Positions 1-9,597 of a DNA stretch of 64,000 bases are shown here, piece after piece. How positions within the stretch are numbered: position 1 is the stretch's first letter; each line of letters starts with the position of its first letter. Source of the DNA: Candidatus Omnitrophota bacterium (GTDB taxonomy: Bacteria > Omnitrophota > Gorgyraeia > DTHP01); NCBI GenBank assembly GCA_023819145.1, contig JAMWCW010000002.1, positions 75,231-139,230 on the forward strand. Reading direction: 5' to 3'. The notes under the pieces are model-generated. The model worked only from the letters and a program-made list of their open reading frames with translations, was not told the DNA's origin and did not search any database. A program made the translations under genes and the position numbers.

Positions 1-206
1 TCATTACGCACATCTCCTAGAACTCTTTTTATGTTTTTAAATTTTCCCAAATAGTTCCAGTTATATTCTACCGAATCCTTATCATAGCCAAAAAGTTTTG
101 AACGCATAAGATTGTCCAAAACAACTACATCGTTATCCTTTTTTGCAAAGTATTCTGCGCAATGCGAACCCACAAGCCCTGCTCCTCCGGTAATAAGAAT
201 TTTCAT
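1..206 (-). CDS. NAD-dependent sugar epimerase/dehydratase, N-terminal part (CDP-paratose/tyvelose 2-epimerase-like). The gene runs off the window start.
   Basis: Minus-strand translation from ATG at 206 reads [53 protein letters not shown], with a GxxGxxG Rossmann motif. A strong SD (AGGAGGG) lies upstream on the minus strand. Confidence 0.75.
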   Translation of the reverse strand, partial: MKILITGGAGLVGSHCAEYFAKKDNDVVVLDNLMRSKLFGYDKDSVEYNWNYLGKFKNIKRVLGDVRN

Positions 207-219
207 TTTCCCTCCTTTT

Positions 220-1416
220 TTATTTTATAAACTCTTTATTTAGGAATTTCAAACGCAATAAACTTAAAAACAAAAAGAGTGCACCTATGGTAACACAGGA
301 ATAAATTTCAAAAATATCCGCCAGTTTCCCCCCTATTATTTCTTCCGAAAATAAAGAACAACAAACAAACGAAATAATTATAGAAACCAGAATCCACTTA
401 TTTTTCACCTCTGCTTTAATAAGATAATAAATCAAAATCATATAGGAAGGTAAAAGCCAGATATAAAAATATCTCCAAGAATTAGGATTAAATAAAGCAA
501 TACAAATAGAAATTAGCGAAAAATCATACATAATCTTTCTGCCGGGGATTATCGCCAATAGATAAAGTATCATTGCTACAACAATAAAAATAATATTGAC
601 TGTTTTCTGAGGTAAATAAAGAAGATTTACTTTATAAAAACTTTCTTGAGAAAAAAACCTGTTTAGGCAGGCAAGAAGTGATTGGTTAGGATAACAGGTT
701 AGGGAATAGTTATCCAAAGAACTCTTAAACAAAAAACACGTCCCCTCCTTCAGAAGGGTCCAATTGGTTTTCCAACCTAAGAAGATGGCGGGTATTAAAT
801 TAAAGATAATAATAAATACTATAACTTTCGTTAAAAAACGGAGTTTCTTTCTTAACAAAAACCAGGGCAGAAACAAAACTGTCATATACTTTATCATTAT
901 AGAAAAAGCGATAAGGAAACTGGCTAAATTTTCTCTGTTTTTATCAAAAAAGTATAACCCCAAGAAAAACAAACACATCATTAAAATATTAGATTGACCT
1001 TGATGAAAATTACCAGTAATAAACCTAAGGGAAGTAATCACACTAAAAAAATAAAATAAAGTATAAGCCTTAAACTCATCTTTATTTTCTATGATTAATT
1101 CTTTTAAGGTGTAAATCAACAACAGGAAAAACAATATATTTGCTAAAAACCAAACGCTTGCAGCGGTCCGTTCAGAAAGTCTGGCAAGAAAGGATATTAG
1201 AAACGCATAGAAGGGAGGGTATTTATAATAAGAAATTCCCCCTTCAAAGGTATAAATTGGCTCTCTCTCTACAAATCTTTTCCCTGCGTGATAAAGCATA
1301 TGAAAATCTGAAAAATTTCTCTTTGGAGCGCGGTATCGATATTGTACGAAAAATCCAGAAAATAAAACTATTACTAGTAAAACTTTCCAGAATATATGGA
1401 AATTTATTTTCATCAT
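220..1416 (-). CDS. Polytopic integral membrane protein, GT-C / DUF2029-like. Possibly a polyprenol-phosphate-sugar-dependent glycosyltransferase.
   Basis: 398 aa with about 10 hydrophobic helices. Sits directly downstream of a Dpm1-like GT2. Confidence 0.45.
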   Translation of the reverse strand: MMKINFHIFWKVLLVIVLFSGFFVQYRYRAPKRNFSDFHMLYHAGKRFVEREPIYTFEGGISYYKYPPFYAFLISFLARLSERTAASVWFLANILFFLLLIYTLKELIIENKDEFKAYTLFYFFSVITSLRFITGNFHQGQSNILMMCLFFLGLYFFDKNRENLASFLIAFSIMIKYMTVLFLPWFLLRKKLRFLTKVIVFIIIFNLIPAIFLGWKTNWTLLKEGTCFLFKSSLDNYSLTCYPNQSLLACLNRFFSQESFYKVNLLYLPQKTVNIIFIVVAMILYLLAIIPGRKIMYDFSLISICIALFNPNSWRYFYIWLLPSYMILIYYLIKAEVKNKWILVSIIISFVCCSLFSEEIIGGKLADIFEIYSCVTIGALFLFLSLLRLKFLNKEFIK

Positions 1417-2093
1417 TTCAATCTATATAAAAACAATTTTATAAAAGAAATTATCCCATCTTTCGCTTTTATCTTTTTTCCTTCGCGATATCTTCTCCCT
1501 CGGTATTCTATAGGAACCTCAATTATTTTTATTTTATTCTTTAAAACCTTAGAAGTAAGTTCAACTTCTATATCAAAACGGTTACTTTCTATAACAAATT
1601 TAGATATTATATCCCGATAAAAAAGTTTATAACAGGTTTCAATATCTGTAAGATGAGCTCCATATAAAAAATTAGTAAAAAAAGTCAAAATCCTGTTTGC
1701 CAAATATTGTAAAGGACTAAATTTTTTAAAACTACCCTTTAAAAACCTTGAGCCATAAACTACCAAAGCTTTATTTTTATAAGCGGTATCTAATAACTTA
1801 TTATACTCTTCTGGATTATATTCTAAGTCCGCATCCTGTATGATTACATAATCTCCTTTTGCATATTTCAAAGCAGTCCGTATACAGGCTCCTTTTCCTT
1901 GATTCCAATCGTGGTAAATAATTTTAATATTATTCTTATCAGATAATCTCTTTAAATATTCATCCGTACCATCTATAGAACAGTCGTCTACAACAATTAT
2001 CTCTTTATAAATTTCTACCTGCTCAATCTGTTTAATTATTTCCCCAATAAAATCCTTTTCATTATAAACGGGAACAATTACCGAGAGTTTCAT
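1413..2093 (-). CDS. GT2 glycosyltransferase, polyprenol-phosphate sugar transferase (Dpm1/GtrB/ArnC-like)
   Basis: MKLSVIVPVYNE...IIVVDDCSIDGT...QDADLEY: the GT2 DxD architecture, about 226 aa. Confidence 0.8.
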   Translation of the reverse strand: MKLSVIVPVYNEKDFIGEIIKQIEQVEIYKEIIVVDDCSIDGTDEYLKRLSDKNNIKIIYHDWNQGKGACIRTALKYAKGDYVIIQDADLEYNPEEYNKLLDTAYKNKALVVYGSRFLKGSFKKFSPLQYLANRILTFFTNFLYGAHLTDIETCYKLFYRDIISKFVIESNRFDIEVELTSKVLKNKIKIIEVPIEYRGRRYREGKKIKAKDGIISFIKLFLYRLK

Positions 2094-2096
2094 TTA

Positions 2097-2819
2097 TTAT
2101 TCTTTCCTTGCTTTGATAATAAGATGTCTACCTAAAAGCAATTCAGGAGAAAGAAGTAATCTATGTATTCGTGTATAATCAATTCCGCCTTTTTTAAGAG
2201 AACGAAATCTTTTAAAATAAAGTTGTAATTTTATTATGGGTTGAAATACAAAAGCTAACAATTTTTGCTGCGTTTTAATTAAATCTGTTAAGATCTTTTC
2301 AATACGTAGATTAGTAATCGCAAATAAATACTCAAGCTCTTGATAACGCCAAATCGTTACATGAATGTTTTTATTTCCAAAATACTCAGAATATTCTAAT
2401 GTTGGTTCTCGAAAAAAATCAAAACTTCCTTCGAAGAAAAACCTTAACCTTGATCTGATATTTAGTATATTTGGAGTAGATAAAATAATCAATCCCCCTG
2501 GTTTCAAAAGACGATTTATTTCTTGGATAACAAAATAAGGATTATACAGATGCTCTATCACCTCTAAAAACAATACATAATCAAAACTATTATCAGAGAA
2601 AGGTAATCCTTTGGTTATATCGCATTTTATAAATTCTATTTCATCTTTATATCTAAATCTCTTATCATCTATATCTAAAGCAGTTACTTGAAATCCTAAC
2701 TTTTTAATCCCAAAACTATAATCTCCGTCTCCACAGCCTATATCTAAAACTATTCCTCTTTTTTCTTCATTCATAATCTCTATGATTTTATCCAAAAGAA
2801 GGTTTCGTTTTTTACTCAT
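2097..2819 (-). CDS. Class I SAM-dependent methyltransferase
   Basis: VLDIGCGDGDYS motif I, LFLEVIEHL, ...PGGLIILSTPN. Confidence 0.8.
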   Translation of the reverse strand: MSKKRNLLLDKIIEIMNEEKRGIVLDIGCGDGDYSFGIKKLGFQVTALDIDDKRFRYKDEIEFIKCDITKGLPFSDNSFDYVLFLEVIEHLYNPYFVIQEINRLLKPGGLIILSTPNILNIRSRLRFFFEGSFDFFREPTLEYSEYFGNKNIHVTIWRYQELEYLFAITNLRIEKILTDLIKTQQKLLAFVFQPIIKLQLYFKRFRSLKKGGIDYTRIHRLLLSPELLLGRHLIIKARKE

Positions 2820-3588
2820 GTTTTATTCTTTTCTCCAGCATTTCCCTATATTTGGCATAGCTTAATAACTGATAAAGTCCAGAAAATACTGCTACCATAA
2901 AGCCATAAATCCCATCACGATAAGCTTTTTTTCTTAATAATCTCCTATAAAAAAACCTATCTAAAGTACGCCATAAAGCATGCCCAAAAGTCATTTTTCT
3001 TCCTGTAAGCATCCACTTTTCCGCCTCACGCGTAGTCTGATTGTTTAATTTATTTAAATAGTCACTAAAATTGCGATAAGAGTAATGAAGTAAATCGTTT
3101 TTTAAGCGCCCGCATTTTCCTTCTAAAAATGCCCGAGGATGAACCCCTACTTCTTCAAATCTAAACTTGTCTTTTCGGAACAATTTCAATTGCGGAGCGG
3201 GATACTCCCCTCCATATCTCAACCAGTAATCTCCAATGAAATTTCTTCGGGGTAGAGTATAACCATTAAATTTAAGACCTTCTGCAAAAATTTTGCATAT
3301 CTCATCCCGTAACATTTCGGTCACGCGTTCATCTGCATCTAAACTTAAAACCCAAAGATTCTTTGCTTGTTGATATGCCCAGTTACGCTGTTTTCCTTCT
3401 ATATCCATTTTTCTTTTCAAAACCTTTGCCCCCAAACTTTGCGCAATTTCTACAGTTCTATCAGTTGACTCATCATCAACTACAATTATCTCCTCAACCC
3501 AGTCCTTTACCGACAAAATACAATCCCTTATCCTCTCTTCTTCATTCTTTACCAATATCACTACAGTTAGAGGAATTTTCTTAATCAT
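2812..3588 (-). CDS. GT2 glycosyltransferase (WaaE/KdtX-like LPS core type)
   Basis: LTVVILVKNEEERI...EIIVVDDESTDRT...LDADER. Confidence 0.75.
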   Translation of the reverse strand: MIKKIPLTVVILVKNEEERIRDCILSVKDWVEEIIVVDDESTDRTVEIAQSLGAKVLKRKMDIEGKQRNWAYQQAKNLWVLSLDADERVTEMLRDEICKIFAEGLKFNGYTLPRRNFIGDYWLRYGGEYPAPQLKLFRKDKFRFEEVGVHPRAFLEGKCGRLKNDLLHYSYRNFSDYLNKLNNQTTREAEKWMLTGRKMTFGHALWRTLDRFFYRRLLRKKAYRDGIYGFMVAVFSGLYQLLSYAKYREMLEKRIKHE

Positions 3589-3590
3589 TT

Positions 3591-4351
3591 TTAATACGGT
3601 CTTTTACCTTTCCTGAAAAGATTATAATATCCTGATACTTTAACCTTGAATTTTAAAAGACTAACGTTTCTTACGGAAATGCGATTAAATTCATATGGGT
3701 CTTTTAGATTGCATAAATCACTTCCCCGATTGGTAGTTAAACCTGCACTATAGCCTGCTTTTTTTACCATTTCTTTTATCTTTTCTGAAAACCCTCCTAT
3801 AGGATAACTAAAATATTTAACAACAACTTCGGTATTTTTCTCAATATCTTCTTTACAGCCATAAATTTCTTCCAGAGTTTTTCTTCATTTTGTATAGAAG
3901 GAAGATAAATATGATTTCTTGTATGCCCACCAAAATCTATAATTTTACTACCCACCATTTCTTTTATCTCATCCCAGTTTAAAAAATCAATTTCTTTTCC
4001 AACTTTCCCAGTAATTAAAAAAATAATTGCCGGAAAATTACATTCCTTAAGTATTGGATAAGCATAAGTAAAATTATCTTTATATCCATCGTCAAAGGTT
4101 ATCACCACTGTTTTGCGGGGAATTTTCTTTCTACTTTCCATTATCTCTAAAAATTCGTCTAACTTAATTATCCTATAATTAGCTTTCTTTAAATAGGCAA
4201 CCTGCTTTTTAAAATTATCGGGTTTAACCGAAAGGAGGTTATCATTATCGCTTATACTGTGATAAAGTAAAACAGGAATACTATATTTGGGAAAAGCCCA
4301 AATAATAAAAATTAAAATGCACAAAAAAATAACAAAAATTTCCTTCTTCAT
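3591..4351 (-). pseudogene. Polysaccharide deacetylase (CE4 family), frameshifted at an A5/T5 homopolymer around 3878-3882. Possibly a sequencing error.
   Basis: The frame-A ORF (3797..4351) has VVITFDDGYKDN...GGHTRNH. The frame shifted by -1 continues without a stop as ...EEIYGCKEDIEKNTEVVVKYFSYPIGGFSEKIKEMVKKAGYSAGLTTNRG...KRPY*. That frame ends at 3591, which abuts the next gene's start at 3588. Confidence 0.7.
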
Positions 4352-4352
4352 C

Positions 4353-4385
4353 TTTTACATTTTAAGTTGAACTTTATTTGTCAAA
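4353..4385. repeat. 33-bp dyad element, copy A: TTTTACA-N19-TGTCAAA with a GTTGAACT core. Overlaps the 3' end of the RAYT-like gene and abuts the deacetylase start.
   Basis: Direct alignment with copies at 5241, 9565 and 14196 gives about 85% identity over 33-38 bp with identical geometry. Confidence 0.7.
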
Positions 4386-5236
4386 TTATACAATGTTTGA
4401 CGAGTGATACCAAGGATCTTAGCAATCTCCGAAACATTATATCCACGAGTTTGCAATCGTTTTGCCAGATAAATCACGCCTTCTTTATCCTGAGGAGCAC
4501 ATCTTCTCTTACTCTTGCGACACTCCTCAATCATCTTATCTATCGCTAATTCTTGCAGAAGAAAATCTTTTTTAATTGCTCCTTTAAAAAGAACTTGTGG
4601 GAATTTATGAATTATACACTTACAGAAATCAATTACTGCTCGAGGGTTTTCGTTTATATCTTTATATTCCAGACTCGGATAATTACTTAACATATCTTCA
4701 TAAATTTTGGCTGCTTTTTGTAAATCACCATCAATGATCTTAAGGATATAACTGCTTCTTATAAAACTTTTCTTTCCAGGATTTATATAAACTCCTACTG
4801 AAGACCAACGATAATCTTGGGCTTTTTTAACTAATCCTGCTTTCTGAGGATTAAGATGAATATATAGCGAACTACCAATAAGGTGTGTGTCATCTAAGCA
4901 AATACTTGCCCTATAAACCCCACAAAATACATGCCCTTTTCTTTGATATTTTGAATTAAAATTCAAGGCATAGGTAGTATTTAATGAATGCATAGCCTTA
5001 GAAAGGTTAGGCTCGTTTATTTTTAAAAGAAGATGATAATGATTGGGCATTAAACAAAAAGAAAAAGGTTCCAAGTTAAATCCTTTTACCCACTCTTTCA
5101 AAAGAGAAAGCATCCTGAAATAATCATCTTCTTCTACAAAAATCATTTCATTTCCTGGTGCACGTTGAGTAATATGATAAATCCCTCCCGCACTTATAAT
5201 TTTGTTCCTATACGAGAAATACAATCTTTCTTCCAT
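4355..5236 (-). CDS. REP-associated tyrosine transposase-like protein (Y1 HUH, IS200-like fold) with a C-terminal DnaA-C-like HTH domain
   Basis: HuH motif MPNHYHLLL. The LYIHLNPQKAGLV...DYRWSS block is typical of TnpA_REP/RayT. The C-terminal VIYLAKRLQTRGYNVSEIAKILGITRQTL resembles the DnaA C-terminal HTH. Confidence 0.7.
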   Translation of the reverse strand: MEERLYFSYRNKIISAGGIYHITQRAPGNEMIFVEEDDYFRMLSLLKEWVKGFNLEPFSFCLMPNHYHLLLKINEPNLSKAMHSLNTTYALNFNSKYQRKGHVFCGVYRASICLDDTHLIGSSLYIHLNPQKAGLVKKAQDYRWSSVGVYINPGKKSFIRSSYILKIIDGDLQKAAKIYEDMLSNYPSLEYKDINENPRAVIDFCKCIIHKFPQVLFKGAIKKDFLLQELAIDKMIEECRKSKRRCAPQDKEGVIYLAKRLQTRGYNVSEIAKILGITRQTLYNLTNKVQLKM

Positions 5237-5240
5237 CTAA

Positions 5241-5273
5241 TTTTACATTCTGTGTTGAACTTAAAGTGTAAAT
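5241..5273. repeat. 33-bp dyad element, copy B: TTTTACA-N19-TGTAAAT with a GTTGAACT core. The best unit copy is on the minus strand, immediately upstream of the RAYT-like start codon.
   Basis: Same arm/core geometry as copies A, C and D. The right half is the reverse complement of the unit TAATTTTACACTTTAAGTTCA. Confidence 0.7.
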
Positions 5274-6391
5274 TTTATTAGATTATCACAAATATATTCA
5301 ATTTCTTTTTTTGTTAGATGCGGAGACATCGGTAACGATAAAATTTCATCAGCTACTTTTTCGGCAACAGGAAAATCTCCTTTCTTATAACCCAATTCTT
5401 TATACGCTACCTGTAAATGCAAAGGAATAGGATAGTGAATTAATACAGAAATTCCTTTTTCCCTCAATTTTTCAACAACTTTATTTCTATTTTTAACTCT
5501 TACTGCAAAAATATGATACACATGCTCTGCATAAGGTTCTTCTATTGGCAAAATAATATTCTTACGTTCCTCTAAATATTTAATATAAATTTTTGCATTT
5601 TTGCGCCGCATCTCGTTCCATTTATCTAATCTCTTTAATTTTGCAGATAAAATCACTGCTTGGAGAGTATCTAATCGTGAATTGTATCCTTTTATAATGT
5701 GTTCGTAACGCGACTTCCTTCCATAGTCTCTTAACATCAACAGCTTCTTATAAATTTTTTCATCGTTAGCCACCACTATTCCTCCATCTCCGCAAGCTCC
5801 CAAGTTCTTGGTGGGATAAAAACTGAAACAACCAACTTCTCCCATAGTACCCACTTTTAAATTTCGAGCTTCGGATTTCTGGCTTCGGATTTTATATATC
5901 GCTCCATGTGCTTGAGCACAATCCTCTACTATTTTCAAGTTATATTTTATCGCAATTTTTAAAAGTGGCTCCATATTTACCGCATGTCCATACAAATGCA
6001 CCGGGATAATCGCTTTAGTCTTTTTAGTGATTGCCTTTTCTACTTTAGAAACATCAAGATTATAAGTCTTTTCTTCAATATCTACAAACACAGGCTTTGC
6101 CTGAGTATAAGAAACCGCTAAAGCAGTGGCAATGTAAGTGAATACCGGAACAATTACTTCATCTCCTTTCCCAATGCCTAAACTCAAAAATCCCAAAAAT
6201 ATTGCATCGGTTCCCGAATTAACTCCTACTGCATATTTTGTTCCGATATATCTTGCAAATTCCTCCTCAAACTGCTTTTCCTTTTCTCCTAAAATAAAAT
6301 CCCCTTTGCTAAAAAGTCCATCTAACCCCTTATCTACTTCCTTTTCTATCTCCTGATATTGCTTTTTCAAATCCACAAATGGCACCTTCAT
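5261..6391 (-). CDS. DegT/DnrJ/EryC1/StrS family PLP-dependent sugar aminotransferase
   Basis: MKVPFVDLKKQY...GTDAIFLG...; 376 aa; typical length and N-terminal motif of the family. Confidence 0.85.
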   Translation of the reverse strand: MKVPFVDLKKQYQEIEKEVDKGLDGLFSKGDFILGEKEKQFEEEFARYIGTKYAVGVNSGTDAIFLGFLSLGIGKGDEVIVPVFTYIATALAVSYTQAKPVFVDIEEKTYNLDVSKVEKAITKKTKAIIPVHLYGHAVNMEPLLKIAIKYNLKIVEDCAQAHGAIYKIRSQKSEARNLKVGTMGEVGCFSFYPTKNLGACGDGGIVVANDEKIYKKLLMLRDYGRKSRYEHIIKGYNSRLDTLQAVILSAKLKRLDKWNEMRRKNAKIYIKYLEERKNIILPIEEPYAEHVYHIFAVRVKNRNKVVEKLREKGISVLIHYPIPLHLQVAYKELGYKKGDFPVAEKVADEILSLPMSPHLTKKEIEYICDNLIKFTL

Positions 6392-6418
6392 TTCATCATG
6401 CCTCCTATCTACTACCTC

Positions 6419-7507
6419 CTACAAGAGCATTCTTACTGCCTGCATTATCTCCTGTGGTTCTATCTCTTCAAGGCAAATCCTTCGTTCGCACTTTGGCATA
6501 CGAAACTTCCAATAGCAAGGTCTGCACGGAACATCTTTAGTAACTACAATGTGTTCAAAACTTGGCGGGTACGGTCCATAAACCTTTTCATTAACTGGCC
6601 CAAAGATAGAAACTGTCTTCACTCCCAAAGACACTGCCATGTGTAGAGGCCCTCCGTCGTTACAAATAATCAACCTACATTGTCTCATTAAACTTGCCAA
6701 AGTGCGCAGGTCTGTTTTCCCTGCAAGATTCAAAGGTTTATCTTTTGTCTTTGCCACAATCTCATCACAAATTGCCCTCTCTTTTTCATCACCAAACATA
6801 ATTATCTTTGCCTTATATAAGTCTCTCAAACGGCCTAATAAATTCGCCAATTTATCATACTTCCAGTGTTTTAACACCGCTTCCTTTCCCCAACTTGCCC
6901 CTCCTCCTGGAGCAATACCAATGATTAAATCTTCTCCCACAATAACACCGTTTTCTTTCAGAATCTGTCTTGCTTTTTCTTCCTCTCTAGCATCAAGATG
7001 AATCTCTAATTTTATCTGTTGAGGTTTTATATTTAAAAACCGGCACAATTCCAAGTAATGCGCTGGCACCGGCTTATAATGATAGCCATCAATCTTTATT
7101 TTGTGCGTGAGAAAAATACCCCTTTCTTTATAATCAAACCCAATCCGCTTAGGCACACGAATCAACCATAAAAAGAAATTATATTGTCTTCCCAAAGATA
7201 AATCTATGGCGATGTGAAATTTTCTTTTTCTAATTCTGCTTAAAAAAAGATAAAACTTCTTTACAAATGTAAATCTTGACCTTTTCCACAATGCCCGCCA
7301 TTCATCTTTCTCAAAAACAAATATTTCATCTATACAGGGGTTATTTTCCAGTAAAGGAGCTACCCGCTTATTGCAGAGATAGGCAATAAAACTATCAGGG
7401 AAACTATTGCGGATATTGCGCAATAAGGGAGTAGAAAATAAAACATCCCCAATTCCAAAAGGATTAATCACCAAAATATGTAAACTGCTTTTCTTCCAAT
7501 CAGCCAT
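6419..7507 (-). CDS. GT9 glycosyltransferase (ADP-heptose:LPS heptosyltransferase family)
   Basis: ILVINPFGIGDVLFSTPLLRNI...; 362 aa; GT9 N-terminal signature. Confidence 0.8.
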   Translation of the reverse strand: MADWKKSSLHILVINPFGIGDVLFSTPLLRNIRNSFPDSFIAYLCNKRVAPLLENNPCIDEIFVFEKDEWRALWKRSRFTFVKKFYLFLSRIRKRKFHIAIDLSLGRQYNFFLWLIRVPKRIGFDYKERGIFLTHKIKIDGYHYKPVPAHYLELCRFLNIKPQQIKLEIHLDAREEEKARQILKENGVIVGEDLIIGIAPGGGASWGKEAVLKHWKYDKLANLLGRLRDLYKAKIIMFGDEKERAICDEIVAKTKDKPLNLAGKTDLRTLASLMRQCRLIICNDGGPLHMAVSLGVKTVSIFGPVNEKVYGPYPPSFEHIVVTKDVPCRPCYWKFRMPKCERRICLEEIEPQEIMQAVRMLL

Positions 7508-7510
7508 AAC

Positions 7511-8614
7511 CTATTTTAGGCGATAAATATCTTCGAAAAAATGCATTGTTTTTTCTCCGGCAACTTTCCAAGAAAAATCCTTTGCCCTTCTTAATGACTT
7601 CTGGCGCAATTCCTGATTTAAATTTTTATCTTTAACTACTTTTAGAATTGCCTCGGCAATTGAATCAATATAACCAGGCTCAACTAGCAAGGCAGTATTC
7701 TTACCAATTTCAGCACAGGAAGAAGTATTTGAGGTAATCACCGGACAACCCGTCTGCATTGCTTCTACAATGGGCAAACCAAATCCTTCGTAAAAGGAGG
7801 GATAAACAAAACACTCACAAAGGTTATAAAAGAAATTGATATCTGTTTGTGGGAGATATCCTGTAAAAATAACTCTATCTTTTAAACTTAACTCTTCAAC
7901 CAAATTAAATACCTCATCTGTTCCCCAACCTTTCATTCCCACAATAACCAACTGGTGGGGAATTTCTTCTTTTAACTTGTTAAATGCAGAAATCAGATTT
8001 CTTAAATTTTTCCTTGGCTCAATTGTTCCTACAAAAAGAACAAATTTATCTTTTATCCCAAATTTCTTAAGCAGAGATTTTGCCTTTTCCTTATCTGTCT
8101 CTTTTAGAGGAAAAAATTCTTCTCCTGCGCCCAAGTGAATTACTTTAATTTTATCAGCGGAACACTTAAAATATCTTATAACATCCTGCTTGGTATTTTC
8201 TGAGACAGTCATTATCCCATCCGCTCTCCCCAAAGCAGAAGACATAACTCTGGTTACTTTTTCGACCGTATCAGAAGAATGTCCCTCTGGGTACGCTTTA
8301 ACTATCACATCATGAACTGTCAAAACAAATTTCTTTTCTTTGGGAGGAAAAAGGTCGTAACTTGAACTGTGGTAGAGATCTATTTTAGAAAAAAATACTT
8401 GTGGCCTTTTAAAAAATCTTTCCGTAAAGAAACGAAAGTTTTTGCTTTTTATTCTTGGGTTTTTCTTACCGCTAAAAGGCCTAATCCGACTGTAAAGCAA
8501 ATAGCGATGGTGATGGTCAATTTTAGAGATAATTTTAAGCAAATTGTAAGTATACTGACCTATGCCTGTCTTCTCATTTTTCACCGTTGAACGAATATCA
8601 ATTCCAATAACCAT
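7511..8614 (-). CDS. GT4 glycosyltransferase
   Basis: C-terminal E-x7-E-like block YEGFGLPIVEAMQTGCPVITS. Confidence 0.8.
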   Translation of the reverse strand: MVIGIDIRSTVKNEKTGIGQYTYNLLKIISKIDHHHRYLLYSRIRPFSGKKNPRIKSKNFRFFTERFFKRPQVFFSKIDLYHSSSYDLFPPKEKKFVLTVHDVIVKAYPEGHSSDTVEKVTRVMSSALGRADGIMTVSENTKQDVIRYFKCSADKIKVIHLGAGEEFFPLKETDKEKAKSLLKKFGIKDKFVLFVGTIEPRKNLRNLISAFNKLKEEIPHQLVIVGMKGWGTDEVFNLVEELSLKDRVIFTGYLPQTDINFFYNLCECFVYPSFYEGFGLPIVEAMQTGCPVITSNTSSCAEIGKNTALLVEPGYIDSIAEAILKVVKDKNLNQELRQKSLRRAKDFSWKVAGEKTMHFFEDIYRLK

Positions 8615-8695
8615 TCCAAATTTGGCTAAAAATTATTTTTTAAAAACGCAAGTAACAAACAAATAATTTCTTATCTTATTAATAACCCCAACCGT

Positions 8696-9583
8696 TTACC
8701 TCATATCTAAAAATGAAAACAATGCTTTTAATTTCTCTGCCTTCTTACCAAACCGCCTTAAATTAAATATTGCTTTCTGTTTATATCTTAAGAAATTATT
8801 TCTTGTTTTTTCTTTGCCTAAAAGCCGGCGATAATTAGGCCTGTGCCCGTCCTTAAGGGAATATTTTCCCTGTTTTTCTCTTCTCTTTTCTAAAAAATCA
8901 TCGCGAATCTGAAAAGCAAGTCCTAAATTCTTACCATAATTTTTAAGCGTTCGCAACTTTTTTTCTCCTATTCCTGCAAGAATCCCTGTAATTTCTAATG
9001 TGGAAATAAACAAAGAAGCGGTTTTATAAAGATGTACTTTTTCAATCTCTTCTCGGGAATAATTAAAATCGCTATACTTTAAATCAAGAAACTGCCCCAA
9101 GCTTATTCCCTCAATTCCTACTGCTAAGGTAATACTCTTTATTATCCTTTCAAACTGCAAAACATTAACTCTTAACAGTTTTGCATTATAAGCAATAAGC
9201 TCAATTCCTTTCATTAATAGTGCATAGGAAGAAAGAATAGCGTTTGCCTCGCCGCTTACCCGATGTAAAGCAGGTTTACCTCTCCGCAAAACCGCATCAT
9301 CCATACAAGGGAGGTCATCTAAAATAAGCGAACTGGTATGAATCATCTCCAGCCCACAGGCACTTGGCAAAAATTTCTTCGGGTCCTTACCCAACATTTC
9401 TGCCGTTATCAAAACCAATAGAGCGCGTATTCTCTTACCTTTCGCCAGAGTGCTGTAACGCATCCATCTTAATAACTCCCCCCAATTTTTGTTTTCGCTT
9501 TTCAAAAAACCACTCAATGCTTGATTAACCAACTTTTCTTTCTCTTTCCAATATCCTTCCATAATTTTACACTTTAAGTTCAA
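8696..9583 (-). CDS. Polyprenyl diphosphate synthase (trans-isoprenyl, IspA/GGPPS-like). The true start is probably the ATG at 9562.
   Basis: LILDDLPCMDD (first DDxxD) and FQIRDDFLE (second) motifs. The track start at 9583 is a TTG. An in-frame ATG at 9562 gives MEGYWKEK... Confidence 0.85.
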   Translation of the reverse strand: MNLKCKIMEGYWKEKEKLVNQALSGFLKSENKNWGELLRWMRYSTLAKGKRIRALLVLITAEMLGKDPKKFLPSACGLEMIHTSSLILDDLPCMDDAVLRRGKPALHRVSGEANAILSSYALLMKGIELIAYNAKLLRVNVLQFERIIKSITLAVGIEGISLGQFLDLKYSDFNYSREEIEKVHLYKTASLFISTLEITGILAGIGEKKLRTLKNYGKNLGLAFQIRDDFLEKRREKQGKYSLKDGHRPNYRRLLGKEKTRNNFLRYKQKAIFNLRRFGKKAEKLKALFSFLDMR

Positions 9584-9597
9584 CTCAAATTGTCAAG
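9565..9597. repeat. 33-bp dyad element, copy C: TTTTACA-N19-TGTCAAG with a GTTCAACT core. Spans the B12-rSAM stop, the intergenic gap and the polyprenyl synthase start.
   Basis: Aligned with copies A, B and D. On the minus strand it reads TTGACA-N21-TAAAAT directly before the ATG. Confidence 0.7.
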
